Program-made: the position numbers and the translations under genes | NCBI GenBank assembly: GCA_965221955.1 | Contig: CBDCTA010000002.1 | Span: 32,001-96,000 of the forward strand | Direction of reading: 5' to 3' | Source: Gammaproteobacteria bacterium | Lineage (GTDB): Bacteria > Pseudomonadota > Gammaproteobacteria > UBA4575 | Length of the DNA: 64,000 nucleotides | Shown here: piece after piece, positions 1 through 10,942 of the stretch | Layout: every line of letters starts with the position of its first letter | How positions within the stretch are numbered: the first letter of the stretch is position 1 | The notes under the pieces: generated by a model | What the model was told of the DNA's origin: nothing | What the model saw: the letters and a program-made list of their open reading frames with translations, nothing else | The model's database searches: none

Positions 1-491
1 CAGGAGAAGCTGTAAAAGCTCCACTTGAAGAAAAAGACTTAGAGTTAATTCGCGGCATTGTGCAAGGAGCAATAGGTTTTAACGAAGAACGCGGTGATAG
101 TATTGCAATATACAACAGTAGTTTCCTTCCAGAAGAGATTTTGGAAGAACCTGAAGCTACACCTTTATGGAAACAACCTTGGCTAGTTGCAATTATAAAA
201 CAAATCTTTGCAGGTATCTCAGTATTGATTATTTTGTTTATGTTCGTACGTCCAGCTATGAAAACTTTAATGGGTAAGCACACTCAAGTACCAGCTGCTG
301 ATAATGAAAATATTGACTCACAATCTATGTTACGAGGGGGTTCTAAACAGATGGCATTAGCTGCACCAGGGGCTGCTGGAAGTTATCCAAATTATGTACA
401 ACAGCTGGCAATGGCAAAAGAACTTGTTGCGCAAGACCCTAAACAAGTGGCAAAAATTGTAAAAAGTTGGGTAGCTCCAGGCGATGAGTGA
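1..491 (+). CDS. fliF: Flagellar MS-ring protein FliF, C-terminal part (truncated by window start)
   Basis: GAIGFNEERGDSI motif, TM helix, C-terminal DPKQVAKIVKSW; overlaps fliG start. Confidence 0.93.
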   Translation, partial: GEAVKAPLEEKDLELIRGIVQGAIGFNEERGDSIAIYNSSFLPEEILEEPEATPLWKQPWLVAIIKQIFAGISVLIILFMFVRPAMKTLMGKHTQVPAADNENIDSQSMLRGGSKQMALAAPGAAGSYPNYVQQLAMAKELVAQDPKQVAKIVKSWVAPGDE

Positions 492-1506
492 AGAAACATC
501 ACAAGAAGGTGTAAGTTCACTAGATGGTGCGCAACGGGCAGCTATTCTTATGATGGTGCTCGGTGAGTCAGAAGCTTCTAAAGTTCTTAAGTTTATGGAC
601 CCTGAGGAGTTAGAGCTTATCGGTTCAGCGATTAGTGCACTAAAAGATGTGACTCAGCATCATATTTATGATGTTTTAAACAATTTTGGTGAAGTTAATA
701 ATAAACATACACCTTTAGATATTGGTGCGCAGGATTATTTAAAGAAAATACTATTTCAAGCAATAGGACCACAGAAAGCAAACAGTATCATGTCAAGAAT
801 CGAGCTAGGCCCTAATGCTAGTGGGCTCGAAGCATTGAAATGGATTGAGCCTTCAGAAATTGCAGATGCAATTAAAGACGAACATCCACAGTTGATTGCT
901 ATATTACTCGTACATTTAAAAGATGAACAAGCGGGTAAAATATTAGAGCTTTTGGGCGAAGAAAAAAAAGCAAATGTGATAATGAGGATTGCTAAGTTGG
1001 GAGATATAAACTCATCAGCTTTGAAAGAACTTGAATTGCTGATTGAGAGCAGGTTCTCTCAAGAAACAGATAGCAAGATTAAAAACCTTGGAGGTATTAA
1101 AGCTGCAGCTGATATTTTAAATAATGTTGATAAAGACAATGAAAATAGCATAGTTGAAACCCTTACAGAAATAGATAAGGAGTTGTGCGAGGCTATTAAA
1201 GGAAAAATGTTTGTCTTTGACAATTTACTTAGTGTTGACGATCGAGGCATGCAAACAATATTAAGAGAATCCCCTCAGGATAAGTTGGTGGTTGCGCTTA
1301 AAGGTGCAAGTACAGATATCGCTAATAAAATATTTAAAAATATGTCTAAACGTGCAGCTGAATTACTTAAAGATGATCTTGAAACCGCTGGACCTGTGCG
1401 TTTAGCTGAAGTGGAAGAAGCACAGAAAGAGATCTTAGATGTTGCGCTTAGGCTTGCAGAAGACGGAACTATTATGTTGGGTGGCAAAGGTGACGATTTC
1501 CTTTAG
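484..1506 (+). CDS. fliG: Flagellar motor switch protein FliG
   Basis: GAQRAAILMM, EHPQLIA, GGIKAAADILN, MFVFDNL, NMSKRAA motifs. Confidence 0.97.
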   Translation: MSEETSQEGVSSLDGAQRAAILMMVLGESEASKVLKFMDPEELELIGSAISALKDVTQHHIYDVLNNFGEVNNKHTPLDIGAQDYLKKILFQAIGPQKANSIMSRIELGPNASGLEALKWIEPSEIADAIKDEHPQLIAILLVHLKDEQAGKILELLGEEKKANVIMRIAKLGDINSSALKELELLIESRFSQETDSKIKNLGGIKAAADILNNVDKDNENSIVETLTEIDKELCEAIKGKMFVFDNLLSVDDRGMQTILRESPQDKLVVALKGASTDIANKIFKNMSKRAAELLKDDLETAGPVRLAEVEEAQKEILDVALRLAEDGTIMLGGKGDDFL

Positions 1507-1522
1507 ACTTTAAGTTCTCTTT

Positions 1523-2125
1523 ATGGATAAGCAAGATAATTGGCAAAGAGCATCATTAGGCTCATTTGAAACAAATAAACAAGGCCCATATTTAGACCGG
1601 GATTTGTCAGTTTCTGGAACAAAAAAATCATATGATGAAGAACTAAAAAATGGTTATAAGGATGGGCTGAAACAAGCACAGCAAACTTTAAATGAATATC
1701 AGCAAACCTTTGGAGTTCTTTTTTCTAGTTTTGATGATGCGTTGAAAGTAGTTGATGAAGATGTAATTCAGGGCATCACTCAGCTTGCTATTTCTATTTC
1801 TAAACAAATTATTAGAAGAGAGATACAAATTAACTCGGAGCAAGTGGTTTCTGTAGTGCGAGAGGCGATTAAATTACTGCCACTTGAAAAAGGTCGCCTA
1901 ACTATCCATTTAAACCCTAACGACATAAATATAGTACAAAAAGTATTTAATCAAGATGATACTGAGCATAGTTATTCTCTTGTTGAGGACCCTTCTATTC
2001 AACGAGGGGGTTGCAAGCTATCCACTGATGACTCAATCATCGATGCCAGCATTGATTCACAAGTAGCTCAGATTGCTGCAAACATATTAGGTAGTCAACG
2101 TACTACGGATCGTGCTGATGACTAA
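1523..2125 (+). CDS. fliH: Flagellar assembly protein FliH
   Basis: GYKDG repeat, IHLNPND, DPSIQRGGC; between fliG and fliI. Confidence 0.9.
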   Translation: MDKQDNWQRASLGSFETNKQGPYLDRDLSVSGTKKSYDEELKNGYKDGLKQAQQTLNEYQQTFGVLFSSFDDALKVVDEDVIQGITQLAISISKQIIRREIQINSEQVVSVVREAIKLLPLEKGRLTIHLNPNDINIVQKVFNQDDTEHSYSLVEDPSIQRGGCKLSTDDSIIDASIDSQVAQIAANILGSQRTTDRADD

Positions 2126-3488
2126 GTTAGCTAACTCATTGCCTTATCTTTCACAACGAAAACAGCATTGGCTTGATGCTATTAATCGTTGTGAACAATC
2201 TCTATCGCCCTACATTTATACTGTAGAAGGCAGATTAACGCGTTTGGTGGGTTTAACGATTGAAGCACAAGGTTGCCAGGTAAATATTGGAGGTAGATGT
2301 TTAATTGTGTCTCCAAATGATCAAACGATGGAAGCTGAAGTGGTTGGGTTTTCGGGTACAAAAAGTTACTTGATGCCTATTGGAAATATGCAAGGGGCTG
2401 TTCCGGGTGCGCGTGTCATACCAAGTAAAGATAACCACAAACTACCCGTTGGTGAAGAGTTGTTAGGACGTGTGATTGATGGTTCCGGTCAGCCATTAGA
2501 TAAAGGAGAGCCAATTCAAACTCAAGAGCATCGTGACCTAGAAGGTAAAAACATTAATCCATTTGAACGTAAGCCCATTCAAACTCCTCTTGATGTGGGT
2601 GTGAAAGCCATTAATGCTTTGTTGAGTATAGGTACTGGGCAACGAATGGGATTATTTGCGGGTAGTGGTGTGGGAAAAAGTATTTTATTAGGCATGATGA
2701 CTAAATTTACTGCTGCAGATGTCATTGTAGTGGGTTTAATTGGTGAGCGCGGTAGAGAAGTAAAAGAATTTATTGATCAGATTTTAGGTAAACAAGGTTT
2801 AACAAAAACCGTTGTCGTTGCAGCCCCTGCTGATTGTTCTCCATTGCAAAGAGTACATGCTGCAAAATATTCCACCACGATAGCTGAATATTTTCGTGAT
2901 CAAGGTCAACAGGTATTGCTATTAATGGATTCACTTACAAGGGTGGCACAATCCTATCGAGAAATTGCGCTTGCAATTGGTGAGCCACCTGCAACAAAAG
3001 GTTATCCGCCTTCTGTGTTTACTAAAATTCCAGCTTTAGTAGAGCGTGCAGGTAATTCAAGTATCTTAGGTGGTTCGATCACTGCATTTTACACTGTGTT
3101 AGTAGAAGGTGATGACCATAACGATCCTATCGCAGACGCTTCAAGAGCAATTTTGGATGGGCACATTACCTTGTCAAGAACTTTGGCTGAAGTAGGACAC
3201 TTCCCGGCTATAGATGTTGAAGCTTCTGTAAGTAGACTTTTTCATACAGTAAATGATGAGAGACAAGTAAAACTAGCTCAACAGTTTAGAGAACTTTATG
3301 GGCGTTATAAAAAACATGAAGATATGATTAACTTAGGTGTATATCAGTTAGGTACAGATGAAAGTATTGATCAAGCCATTGAATATTACCCTAAGTTAAT
3401 GAATTTCCTTAAACAAAATATGAAAGAACCATTCGATTATGCATCTTCCTTACAGGAAATGAGTCATTCCTTAGAACCAAATGCGTAA
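2112..3488 (+). CDS. fliI: Flagellar export ATPase FliI
   Basis: Walker A GSGVGKS, GERGREV, LLLMDSLTR, GEPPATKGYPPS. Confidence 0.97.
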   Translation: MLMTKLANSLPYLSQRKQHWLDAINRCEQSLSPYIYTVEGRLTRLVGLTIEAQGCQVNIGGRCLIVSPNDQTMEAEVVGFSGTKSYLMPIGNMQGAVPGARVIPSKDNHKLPVGEELLGRVIDGSGQPLDKGEPIQTQEHRDLEGKNINPFERKPIQTPLDVGVKAINALLSIGTGQRMGLFAGSGVGKSILLGMMTKFTAADVIVVGLIGERGREVKEFIDQILGKQGLTKTVVVAAPADCSPLQRVHAAKYSTTIAEYFRDQGQQVLLLMDSLTRVAQSYREIALAIGEPPATKGYPPSVFTKIPALVERAGNSSILGGSITAFYTVLVEGDDHNDPIADASRAILDGHITLSRTLAEVGHFPAIDVEASVSRLFHTVNDERQVKLAQQFRELYGRYKKHEDMINLGVYQLGTDESIDQAIEYYPKLMNFLKQNMKEPFDYASSLQEMSHSLEPNA

Positions 3489-3503
3489 TTAGATTAATAA
3501 TTA

Positions 3504-3947
3504 TTGCTCGTGACACGCTCAAAGAAATTAAATGCGGCATTGGAAATTTTAGACTTCAAGCTAAATAAGCAATTTTCATCTTTAATTGAGCTTATGCAAC
3601 ATAAGATCGAAAATGATCAAAAATTACAAGATTTACTAAATTATCAAGCGAACTATTTATCTACAAATAAAAATAAATCGAATCAAACCATTACAAGCAT
3701 ACAATTACATCATAGTTTAATGAATAGACTGGAAGAGGCTATCAATATCCAGCAGAAGGTAGTCCATGATTTAGAGTATAAAGTGAATCAAAAAATTCTT
3801 ATGCTGCAAAAAGATCGTGCACAAAATAATGCTTTAGGCATGCTAGTGAAACGTTACCATCAACAAGAGCTAGAAATTAACCAGCGTGATGAACAAAAAG
3901 AAATGGACAGCCAAATTCTTGCAATGCTGCAAAGTGATACCTCATGA
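3504..3947 (+). CDS. fliJ: Flagellar export chaperone FliJ
   Basis: About 147 aa coiled coil with L..YQ..Y and C-terminal EQKEMD; follows fliI. Confidence 0.85.
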   Translation: MLVTRSKKLNAALEILDFKLNKQFSSLIELMQHKIENDQKLQDLLNYQANYLSTNKNKSNQTITSIQLHHSLMNRLEEAINIQQKVVHDLEYKVNQKILMLQKDRAQNNALGMLVKRYHQQELEINQRDEQKEMDSQILAMLQSDTS

Positions 3948-3969
3948 AATCAACATAACTGCTTAAAAC

Positions 3970-3985
3970 TGGCCTAAATAATGCA
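3970..3985 (+). promoter_or_regulatory. sigma54 (-24/-12) promoter of fliK
   Basis: TGGCCTAAATAATGCA: GG-N10-GC, about 30 nt before ATG at 4014. Confidence 0.7.
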
Positions 3986-4013
3986 TTATCTAATACAAAG
4001 GAAATGATTAGAT

Positions 4014-5416
4014 ATGGCAGAAACAGAGGCATTGCAGAGTAGTAATATACTTCTTACACCGAATTCCTGTGCAAACTGTCTTGATACGCAAACAGTTGGC
4101 CAAAATCAGAGTGTAAACGGTAACTTTAGTAACTATTTACATGGGCATTTAAACAAAGTTTAAACTCCGGTGACGGAAAAGTATTGCCTGTAGATGGCAA
4201 AAACTTGCCACAAACATTGCTGCAACCAGTATTAAAAAGCCTTAAAATAAAGCTGCCAGCTCTGATAAATGATATTCAAGTTTCTGATATCGAAGTAAAT
4301 AGCTTAACTGAACAGTTAGATGGGTCTATAGAAAGTGATATCGATGCTAATATAGTTGGTCTTCAAGTACTGTTGGATCAATTGGTTGAGACTGAACCCA
4401 CACTAGAGAAAGTATTAGGAAAAGATAACTTACTAAATGTATCTAAGCCGGTACAAGATGAAATTACACCTGAACTTAAAGATGCCAATGAGCTCGTTAG
4501 CAATCTCATTCGCGAACTGTCTAGTAATCCCGTTCCTATACAAGCTGCTCAAATAGATAATAGTTCCTTGGCAACTAATATATCGGAATATCAGCGAAGT
4601 TTAGTAAATGAAAAGCAGATAAATCATACAGAAATTCAACAACGTATAGTTGCTGATTTTGCGGTTGAATCGAAACAACCTGTAGTTGCACTTGCTACAC
4701 AAAAGCATGAAACAAGTGAAAATAAGTCTGCAAATTCATATGAGTTTACAAATAATATCTTGTCAGAAGAGAGTGCATTCAAGAATGTTGTTAAAAACCC
4801 AGCTATAGGTGCTGATATTTTCCAGCAAAATATAAATGCAATAAAGTCAGATCCAATCTCGCTGAACTTGAACACAAGCTCAGTTATTGATACCTACAAT
4901 AGTCATCATCCATCTGGATTGCAAAATAAAGTTATAGAGGCACCTATACCTTTGTTGATTAAACAAGGAGTAAGTGTTGAGCAAGTGCAACAGAATGTTG
5001 ATCAATCTATTTCACAGAATATTAAGTGGTTGATTGGAAATAATACTCAGAATGCAAAGATTAATATTTATCCAGAATCTTTAGGGCAGGTTAATATTGC
5101 GCTCAATCTTGAAGACACAAATCTGAAGATTAACTTTTTAGCAAGTAATAATGTTACAAAAGAGTTAATCGAAGCTAGCGTTTCTAGCTTGCGTAATCAT
5201 TTCAATGAGAGCGGTATAAATTTACAGGAAGTTAATGTTGAGACACGCTTTTCGAGTCAAACAAACCAAAATTCACAGTTTTCTGACTTGAATGATCAGA
5301 ATGAAAGAAAAATTAATTCGAATTCAAGCTACACTACGCAAGATGATGAAATAGTTTCATGGCATGAATCTACTCGTATTTCTACACCACGATATTTGCT
5401 TGATGCTTATGCTTGA
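4014..5416 (+). CDS. fliK: Flagellar hook-length control protein FliK (one frameshift near 4150, probably a sequencing indel)
   Basis: C-terminal AKINIYPESLGQV domain, ends LLDAYA; ATG at 4014 reads to a stop at 4161, while the main frame is open from about 4133 (SGDGKVLPVDGKNLP). Confidence 0.85.
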
Positions 5417-5548
5417 ATAGATGTTTTAAAGAACAAATCTTTGACGCTGTTCAAATAGCTTTAAATCTTTAAGTCAATTTATTGGCTGTCAAAAAATAAA
5501 CCTAAGCTAACTTCCTGATATTTATAGACTTAAATGCTTATAAAAAGT

Positions 5549-5564
5549 TGGCACGCTGGTTGCT
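5549..5564 (+). promoter_or_regulatory. sigma54 promoter of the fliL operon
   Basis: TGGCACGCTGGTTGCT, perfect match to TGGCAC-N5-TTGC. Confidence 0.88.
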
Positions 5565-5608
5565 ATCTATTATTTGTAAGTAAAAAAGTCTGACAAGAAG
5601 GTTTGTAT

Positions 5609-6070
5609 ATGAAAAAAATGATTATTTTTGGCGGCCTTGGTGTGGTTCTGATAGGAGCTGGCATAGGGGGTGCGATGTTTTTTCTAAAATCTCCTGAGCC
5701 ACCTGAAGGCGAAGTAGAAATGGCAGAAGAAGAGATGATGTCAGCTGCTAAAGAAGCTATTTATGAAAACATACATCCCGCTTTTACAGTTAATTTTAAT
5801 GAAGATTCAAAGAAGAAATTTATGCAGGTCTACATGGTTGCAAAGTTTTATGACATGGAAGCAAGAGATCAGTTCAAGATGCATATGCCAGTTGTGCGTA
5901 ATAATTTACTTTTGCTCATGTCTGGAAAGACGAGTGAAGAATTGTCAACGGTAGAAGCAAAAGAGCAGTTACGTAAAGACGCACTTATGTCAGCTCAGTC
6001 CGTAATGCAAGAAATTTATGGTGAGAATTTAGTAGAAGATATCTATTTTACTAAACTTGTAATGCAATAA
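5609..6070 (+). CDS. fliL: Flagellar basal body protein FliL
   Basis: N-terminal TM, FTVNF, MPVVRNNLLLL, C-terminal IYFTKLVMQ. Confidence 0.93.
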   Translation: MKKMIIFGGLGVVLIGAGIGGAMFFLKSPEPPEGEVEMAEEEMMSAAKEAIYENIHPAFTVNFNEDSKKKFMQVYMVAKFYDMEARDQFKMHMPVVRNNLLLLMSGKTSEELSTVEAKEQLRKDALMSAQSVMQEIYGENLVEDIYFTKLVMQ

Positions 6071-6095
6071 CCATTAGTTCCGAAGAGATTACGTC

Positions 6096-7148
6096 ATGAG
6101 CATGTCTGAACCTGAAGAGAATCAAGAACAAGAAGCGGGTCAAGAGCCTCAGGAAAGTATCGAGGCTGAATCAAAAGAGAGTACTGATGAAAATGAAGAT
6201 GGAGAAGTACTGAGTGAAGAGGAGCTAGAAGCCTTATCTGGTGATGTTGAGGAACTCACTGATGAAGCAGGTGTAATGACGTATGACTTTTATTCACCAG
6301 CTCATATAAACAAATCCAGTCTTCCTGCTTTAGTAATCATAAATGAAAAAATCATTGAATCCATGAATGAAGGATTGATAAATCTATTACAGCGAGAAAT
6401 TGAGGTTACGGTAAATGATATTGAAATAAGTCGGTATGGCGATTTTATCCATTCGCTACCAACTTTAGTTGACACAAGCATTATTAATGTAAGCAAGATC
6501 GATACACAGGCAATGGTTTGTATAGATAGCGCATTAATCGAAATTATTATGGATTCATATTTTGGTGGAGAAGGAAAATTAAGTGAAGCAAGTGAAAAGC
6601 AAGTTTTTACGAGTACAGAATTAAATTTAAGTAACAAAATATTAGAAATGTTTCTTAAATCAAATAAAGATGCATGGGAAAAAACAGAACCATTAGAATT
6701 TCAATTTGCACAACGCGAGTTACAACCAAAGTTAATTAATCTGATAGCAGAAACAGATTTAGTGGTTATTAGTCAGTTTGCAGTTTCATTAAATGAGGAA
6801 GCTAGCTATATAAGAATGATTTATCCCTATAAATCGCTAGAGCCAATAAAACAAAGCTTAAGAAATATGGTTCCAGAAAAAGGTAGTGAAACAGATGTGC
6901 ATTGGAAGAGAGAGTTTTTTAATAGTGTTAAAGCTGCGCCTATAGAACTAAATACTGTACTTAGTGAGTTTAATCTTACTGTTGATGAAGTAGTTAGGCT
7001 AAAAGCAGGGGATGTGATTCCTTTTCCAATGCCGGATTCAGTAACAGTGTATTCAAACGTTACTCCGGTTTTCACTGGAAAAATTGGTTCAGTGAATGAT
7101 GCGGTTGCTGTGAGTATTGATTCATGGATACGAAATAATAAGCGTTAA
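6096..7148 (+). CDS. fliM: Flagellar motor switch protein FliM
   Basis: YDF motif, FGGEG, FTSTE, C-terminal SpoA domain (LKAGDVIP); acidic N-terminal extension. Confidence 0.92.
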   Translation: MSMSEPEENQEQEAGQEPQESIEAESKESTDENEDGEVLSEEELEALSGDVEELTDEAGVMTYDFYSPAHINKSSLPALVIINEKIIESMNEGLINLLQREIEVTVNDIEISRYGDFIHSLPTLVDTSIINVSKIDTQAMVCIDSALIEIIMDSYFGGEGKLSEASEKQVFTSTELNLSNKILEMFLKSNKDAWEKTEPLEFQFAQRELQPKLINLIAETDLVVISQFAVSLNEEASYIRMIYPYKSLEPIKQSLRNMVPEKGSETDVHWKREFFNSVKAAPIELNTVLSEFNLTVDEVVRLKAGDVIPFPMPDSVTVYSNVTPVFTGKIGSVNDAVAVSIDSWIRNNKR

Positions 7149-7165
7149 ATTTATTAGGAAATAAT

Positions 7166-7519
7166 ATGAGTGAAGAACAAGTCAATGATCAAGTGAGTGT
7201 TGCTCAAGAAGGTAAAAGTCAAACCGAAGATGCTTCTGTTAATGCATTACCAGATATGAATAATTTAGATGTTGTGCTAAATATTCCAGTCGATGTTTCA
7301 CTTGAGCTTGGAAGAGCAACAGTAGATTTAGAAAATTTAATAGAATTAAGTCAAGGCTCAGTAATTGAATTAAATCGGTTAGTGGATGAGCCGGTAGATG
7401 TTTTAGTAAATGGAAAGCTCGTTGCAAAAGCAGAAGTAGTCGTGGTGGATAATAAATTTGGCGCACGAGTTACGAGTATTGTTAGTCCAGAGAAGCGTGT
7501 CGAAAAACTCAAGAATTAA
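7166..7519 (+). CDS. fliN: Flagellar motor switch protein FliN
   Basis: IPVDVSLELG, GSVIELN, VNGKLVAKAEVVVV..KFGARV. Confidence 0.95.
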   Translation: MSEEQVNDQVSVAQEGKSQTEDASVNALPDMNNLDVVLNIPVDVSLELGRATVDLENLIELSQGSVIELNRLVDEPVDVLVNGKLVAKAEVVVVDNKFGARVTSIVSPEKRVEKLKN

Positions 7520-7527
7520 TCTAACGA

Positions 7528-7986
7528 ATGAAAAACTTTCAAAGAATAGCAATACTTGGGTTACATCTTCTGTTATTGCTTTTCATCACAACAAACGTTC
7601 ACTGCCAAGAGCTTTATGGTAACCAATTATCTGGGAATCTAGGGAAGCCAGTAATAGATTATGGGCAGATTATATATGCTGCTGTATTTCTAATACTCAT
7701 GGTATTTGGCGCTTTGTTTTTGGTAAAAAAATCAAATTTTAATCATTCAAATAGCGCTGGATTTATAGATATTGTTTACAACCATGCAATTACATCAAAG
7801 GATAAATTATTAATAGTAAAAATTGGAGAGGAATATCTTTTGTTGGGTGTATCTGCAGCAGGGATAAATAAGTTGCACGAATTAGATAAAGAAACTATTC
7901 AAAAAATGATGTCTGAAAAAAATATAAAAACAAATGATTTTTCTAACATATTAGTCAACTTAATAAGTAAACATCGCAATGCTTAA
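7528..7986 (+). CDS. fliO: Flagellar biosynthesis protein FliO
   Basis: TM helix plus [25 protein letters not shown]; between fliN and fliP. Confidence 0.88.
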   Translation: MKNFQRIAILGLHLLLLLFITTNVHCQELYGNQLSGNLGKPVIDYGQIIYAAVFLILMVFGALFLVKKSNFNHSNSAGFIDIVYNHAITSKDKLLIVKIGEEYLLLGVSAAGINKLHELDKETIQKMMSEKNIKTNDFSNILVNLISKHRNA

Positions 7987-8719
7987 GTTAATATTAATAG
8001 TAATGTTCTGGTTTATTGCACCCTGTGTGTTTGCCGAATCAGGGCTGCCAGCATTAACAATTGAGTCTACAGAGAGTGGAGGTCAAGCTTATTCCTTAAG
8101 CTTGCAGGTACTCGTATTGATGACGGTAATCACCCTATTGCCTGGCTTATTGCTTACTATGACTTCTTTTACACGCATTATCATTGTATTGGCAATATTG
8201 AGACAAGCACTTGGGACTGCGCAAACACCATCAAACCAAATTCTTCTTGGGCTTGCTTTGTTTATTACATTCTTTGTTATGACACCTGTGTTAACTGAAG
8301 TGTATAACGATTCACTAAAGCCATACATCTCTGAAAATATTGATGCAGAGACAGCTGTTGGAAATGCGATTAATCCAATAAAGCAATTCATGCTTGCACA
8401 AACACGCGAGACAGATATTGCTCTGTTTGTAGATTTATCTGGTGGAAATGTGATTGAAAAGCCAGAAGACATTTCTATGTCAGTGCTGCTTCCCGCATTT
8501 GTTACTAGTGAGTTAAAAACGGCATTTCAAATAGGATTTATTTTATTCATTCCGTTTTTAATAATCGATTTAGTTGTTGCAAGCGTATTAATGTCGATGG
8601 GAATGATGATGTTATCACCCTTGATTATTTCATTGCCTTTTAAATTAATGTTGTTTGTATTGGTTGATGGGTGGTCGCTTGTATTAGGGATGTTGGCATC
8701 TAGTTTTTATATTGCTTAA
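7979..8719 (+). CDS. fliP: Flagellar export gate protein FliP
   Basis: [41 protein letters not shown]. Confidence 0.97.
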   Translation: MLKLILIVMFWFIAPCVFAESGLPALTIESTESGGQAYSLSLQVLVLMTVITLLPGLLLTMTSFTRIIIVLAILRQALGTAQTPSNQILLGLALFITFFVMTPVLTEVYNDSLKPYISENIDAETAVGNAINPIKQFMLAQTRETDIALFVDLSGGNVIEKPEDISMSVLLPAFVTSELKTAFQIGFILFIPFLIIDLVVASVLMSMGMMMLSPLIISLPFKLMLFVLVDGWSLVLGMLASSFYIA

Positions 8720-8729
8720 AGGAAATTAC

Positions 8730-8999
8730 GTGACACCCGAAACAACATTAACACTATTAAATAATGCCTTATGGATAACGGTTATGGTTGCGGCACCAAT
8801 CTTATTAGCAGTATTAGCGATTGGTGTGTTAGTTGGAATGTTACAGGCAGCTACACAAATAAATGAAATGACTTTAAGTTTCATACCTAAATTAATTATT
8901 CTTTTTTTTACATTATTGCTAGCAGGTCCTTGGATGCTAAAGACGTTAGTCAATTACGCGACTAATTTAATAGCCGGCATACCTGATTTACTTATATAG
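8730..8999 (+). CDS. fliQ: Flagellar export gate protein FliQ
   Basis: QAATQINEMTLSFIPK; GTG start chosen at 8730. Confidence 0.95.
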   Translation: MTPETTLTLLNNALWITVMVAAPILLAVLAIGVLVGMLQAATQINEMTLSFIPKLIILFFTLLLAGPWMLKTLVNYATNLIAGIPDLLI

Positions 9000-9020
9000 C
9001 TATGCAATAAAAATATTCTA

Positions 9021-9788
9021 ATGTTTTTTCAATTAAATGAAATTTTAACAAGTTTTGAGCAGTTCATACTGCCATTTTTTCGTGTTGCAGCATTATTTTC
9101 AGTTGCGCCTGTGTTGAGTAGTCCATTCTTACCATTAAAAATCAAGATAGCGATCGCATCAATTCTTACAATATTTATTGTCCCTCTTTTAGAGAAAACA
9201 CAAGCTGTAGAATTATTTTCATCCAGTGGATTCATACAAGTAGGCGTTCAGTTATTAATAGGTTTGTCGATGGGTTTTGTTTTGCGTTTGGTATTTTCTG
9301 CGTTGACTATTGCGGGCGAGAATATAGCAGTAACAATGGGTTTGGGTTTTGCGCAAATTACTGATCCAGTTAATGGTGTAACAGTACCTGTTATTAGCCA
9401 ATTTTTAATTATTACTGCAACTCTAATATTTTTAGCATTAGATGGCCATCTTGCACTTTTTAATATGTTGTTTGATAGCTTTACTTATATACCCGTTGCA
9501 TACAGTTTTGATTATCAAGCAGTAATATGGGATGTGTTAGCTTGGGGCGCTAATATGTTTTCGGGCGCATTAATGGTTGCTATTCCTGCGATCACTGCTT
9601 TGTTGATAGCTAACTCAGCATTAGCACTAATGACACGTGCTGCACCACAATTAAATGTATTTTCGGTTGGTTTCCCAATCACAATCATGCTTGGACTTGC
9701 AGTCATTGCCTTAACTTTGCCAAGTATAGTGGTGGTATTTCAGAATTTACTAAGTAATACATTTGAGCAAATGCCATTAGTGCGTTAG
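9021..9788 (+). CDS. fliR: Flagellar export gate protein FliR
   Basis: MGLGFAQITDP, DGHL, RAAPQLNVFSVGFP. Confidence 0.96.
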   Translation: MFFQLNEILTSFEQFILPFFRVAALFSVAPVLSSPFLPLKIKIAIASILTIFIVPLLEKTQAVELFSSSGFIQVGVQLLIGLSMGFVLRLVFSALTIAGENIAVTMGLGFAQITDPVNGVTVPVISQFLIITATLIFLALDGHLALFNMLFDSFTYIPVAYSFDYQAVIWDVLAWGANMFSGALMVAIPAITALLIANSALALMTRAAPQLNVFSVGFPITIMLGLAVIALTLPSIVVVFQNLLSNTFEQMPLVR

Positions 9789-9798
9789 AGATTTCACA

Positions 9799-10926
9799 AT
9801 GGCAGAAGAGAATTCACAACATGATAGAAATCAAGAGCCTACGCAGAAGAGGCTTGATGATGCGCGCAAGAAAGGACAAATCCCCAGATCCAGAGAGTTG
9901 AATACTATGTTGGTTACATTTTTAGGTGCAGTTGCTTTGATATTTACTACTGAAAATATTACACAAAACTTTCATAAAATATTTTTACATAATTTTCAGT
10001 TACCTATCTTGCACGTTATGGATAAAAACTATCTTATTCCACATTTTACTGAAAGTGGTATGACAGCGTTACTGTCGATCACTCCATTCTTAGTTGCAAT
10101 GTTTATGGTTGCTTTATTTGGCCCTATGTTTATTGGCGGCATGTCATTTTCGATGAAAGCTATGGCATTTAAGGCAAGTCGGATGAGCCCTCTATCTGGA
10201 CTTAAACGTATGTTTGGTTTAAGAGGGCTTGTTGAGTTAGTAAAAGCGTTGTTGAAAGTAGGCTTAATAGGTTCAATTGTATATCTATTATTAAAAACAT
10301 TTACAGATGAAATATTAAATTTAGGTTTTGAATCTGTACAAGAGAGTACTGCTCATGCATATCGGTTGATTTTACTGATTTTTACCGTTTCTTCGGCCGG
10401 TCTTATTATTGTTGCATTAATCGATGCACCTTATCAGTTTTGGCAACACAAAAAGCAATTGCGTATGACATTGCAAGAAGTGAAAGATGAATTCAAAGAG
10501 ACAGAAGGAAATCCAGAGAATAAAGGTCGTTTGCGTAATTTACAAAGAGAGCTCGCACAAAAGAGAATGATGGAAGCGGTTCCAGATGCAGATGTGATTA
10601 TAACTAACCCAACACACTTTGCAGTGGCGCTTAAATATGATGCGGATAAGTCAAGTGCACCGGTTGTTGTTGCAAAAGGTATCGATTTTATCGCAGAAAA
10701 GATTAAAGAAATTGCTTTGAGCAATGATGTAAGTGTGTTTTGTGCGCCAGCACTGGCAAGGGCTGTTTATTACAGTACAGATGTTGATAAAGAAATACCT
10801 TCTGGCTTGTATATTTCAGTAGCAAAAGTTCTTGCATATGTATTCCAAATTAAAAATGCAGTGCCTGGAAATTATCCTAACCCGCCGGATGAATTAGAAA
10901 TACCAAATGAATTCAGGACCAACTAA
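9799..10926 (+). CDS. flhB: Flagellar export switch protein FlhB
   Basis: EPTQKRLDDARKKGQIPRSREL; NPTH autocleavage motif. Confidence 0.97.
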   Translation: MAEENSQHDRNQEPTQKRLDDARKKGQIPRSRELNTMLVTFLGAVALIFTTENITQNFHKIFLHNFQLPILHVMDKNYLIPHFTESGMTALLSITPFLVAMFMVALFGPMFIGGMSFSMKAMAFKASRMSPLSGLKRMFGLRGLVELVKALLKVGLIGSIVYLLLKTFTDEILNLGFESVQESTAHAYRLILLIFTVSSAGLIIVALIDAPYQFWQHKKQLRMTLQEVKDEFKETEGNPENKGRLRNLQRELAQKRMMEAVPDADVIITNPTHFAVALKYDADKSSAPVVVAKGIDFIAEKIKEIALSNDVSVFCAPALARAVYYSTDVDKEIPSGLYISVAKVLAYVFQIKNAVPGNYPNPPDELEIPNEFRTN

Positions 10927-10942
10927 GTAAGGATACGATAAC

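Noticed and set aside
4130-4165. Phase-variable fliK
   Set aside because: Only a 3-A run at the shift, too short for slipped-strand switching; probably a missing base.
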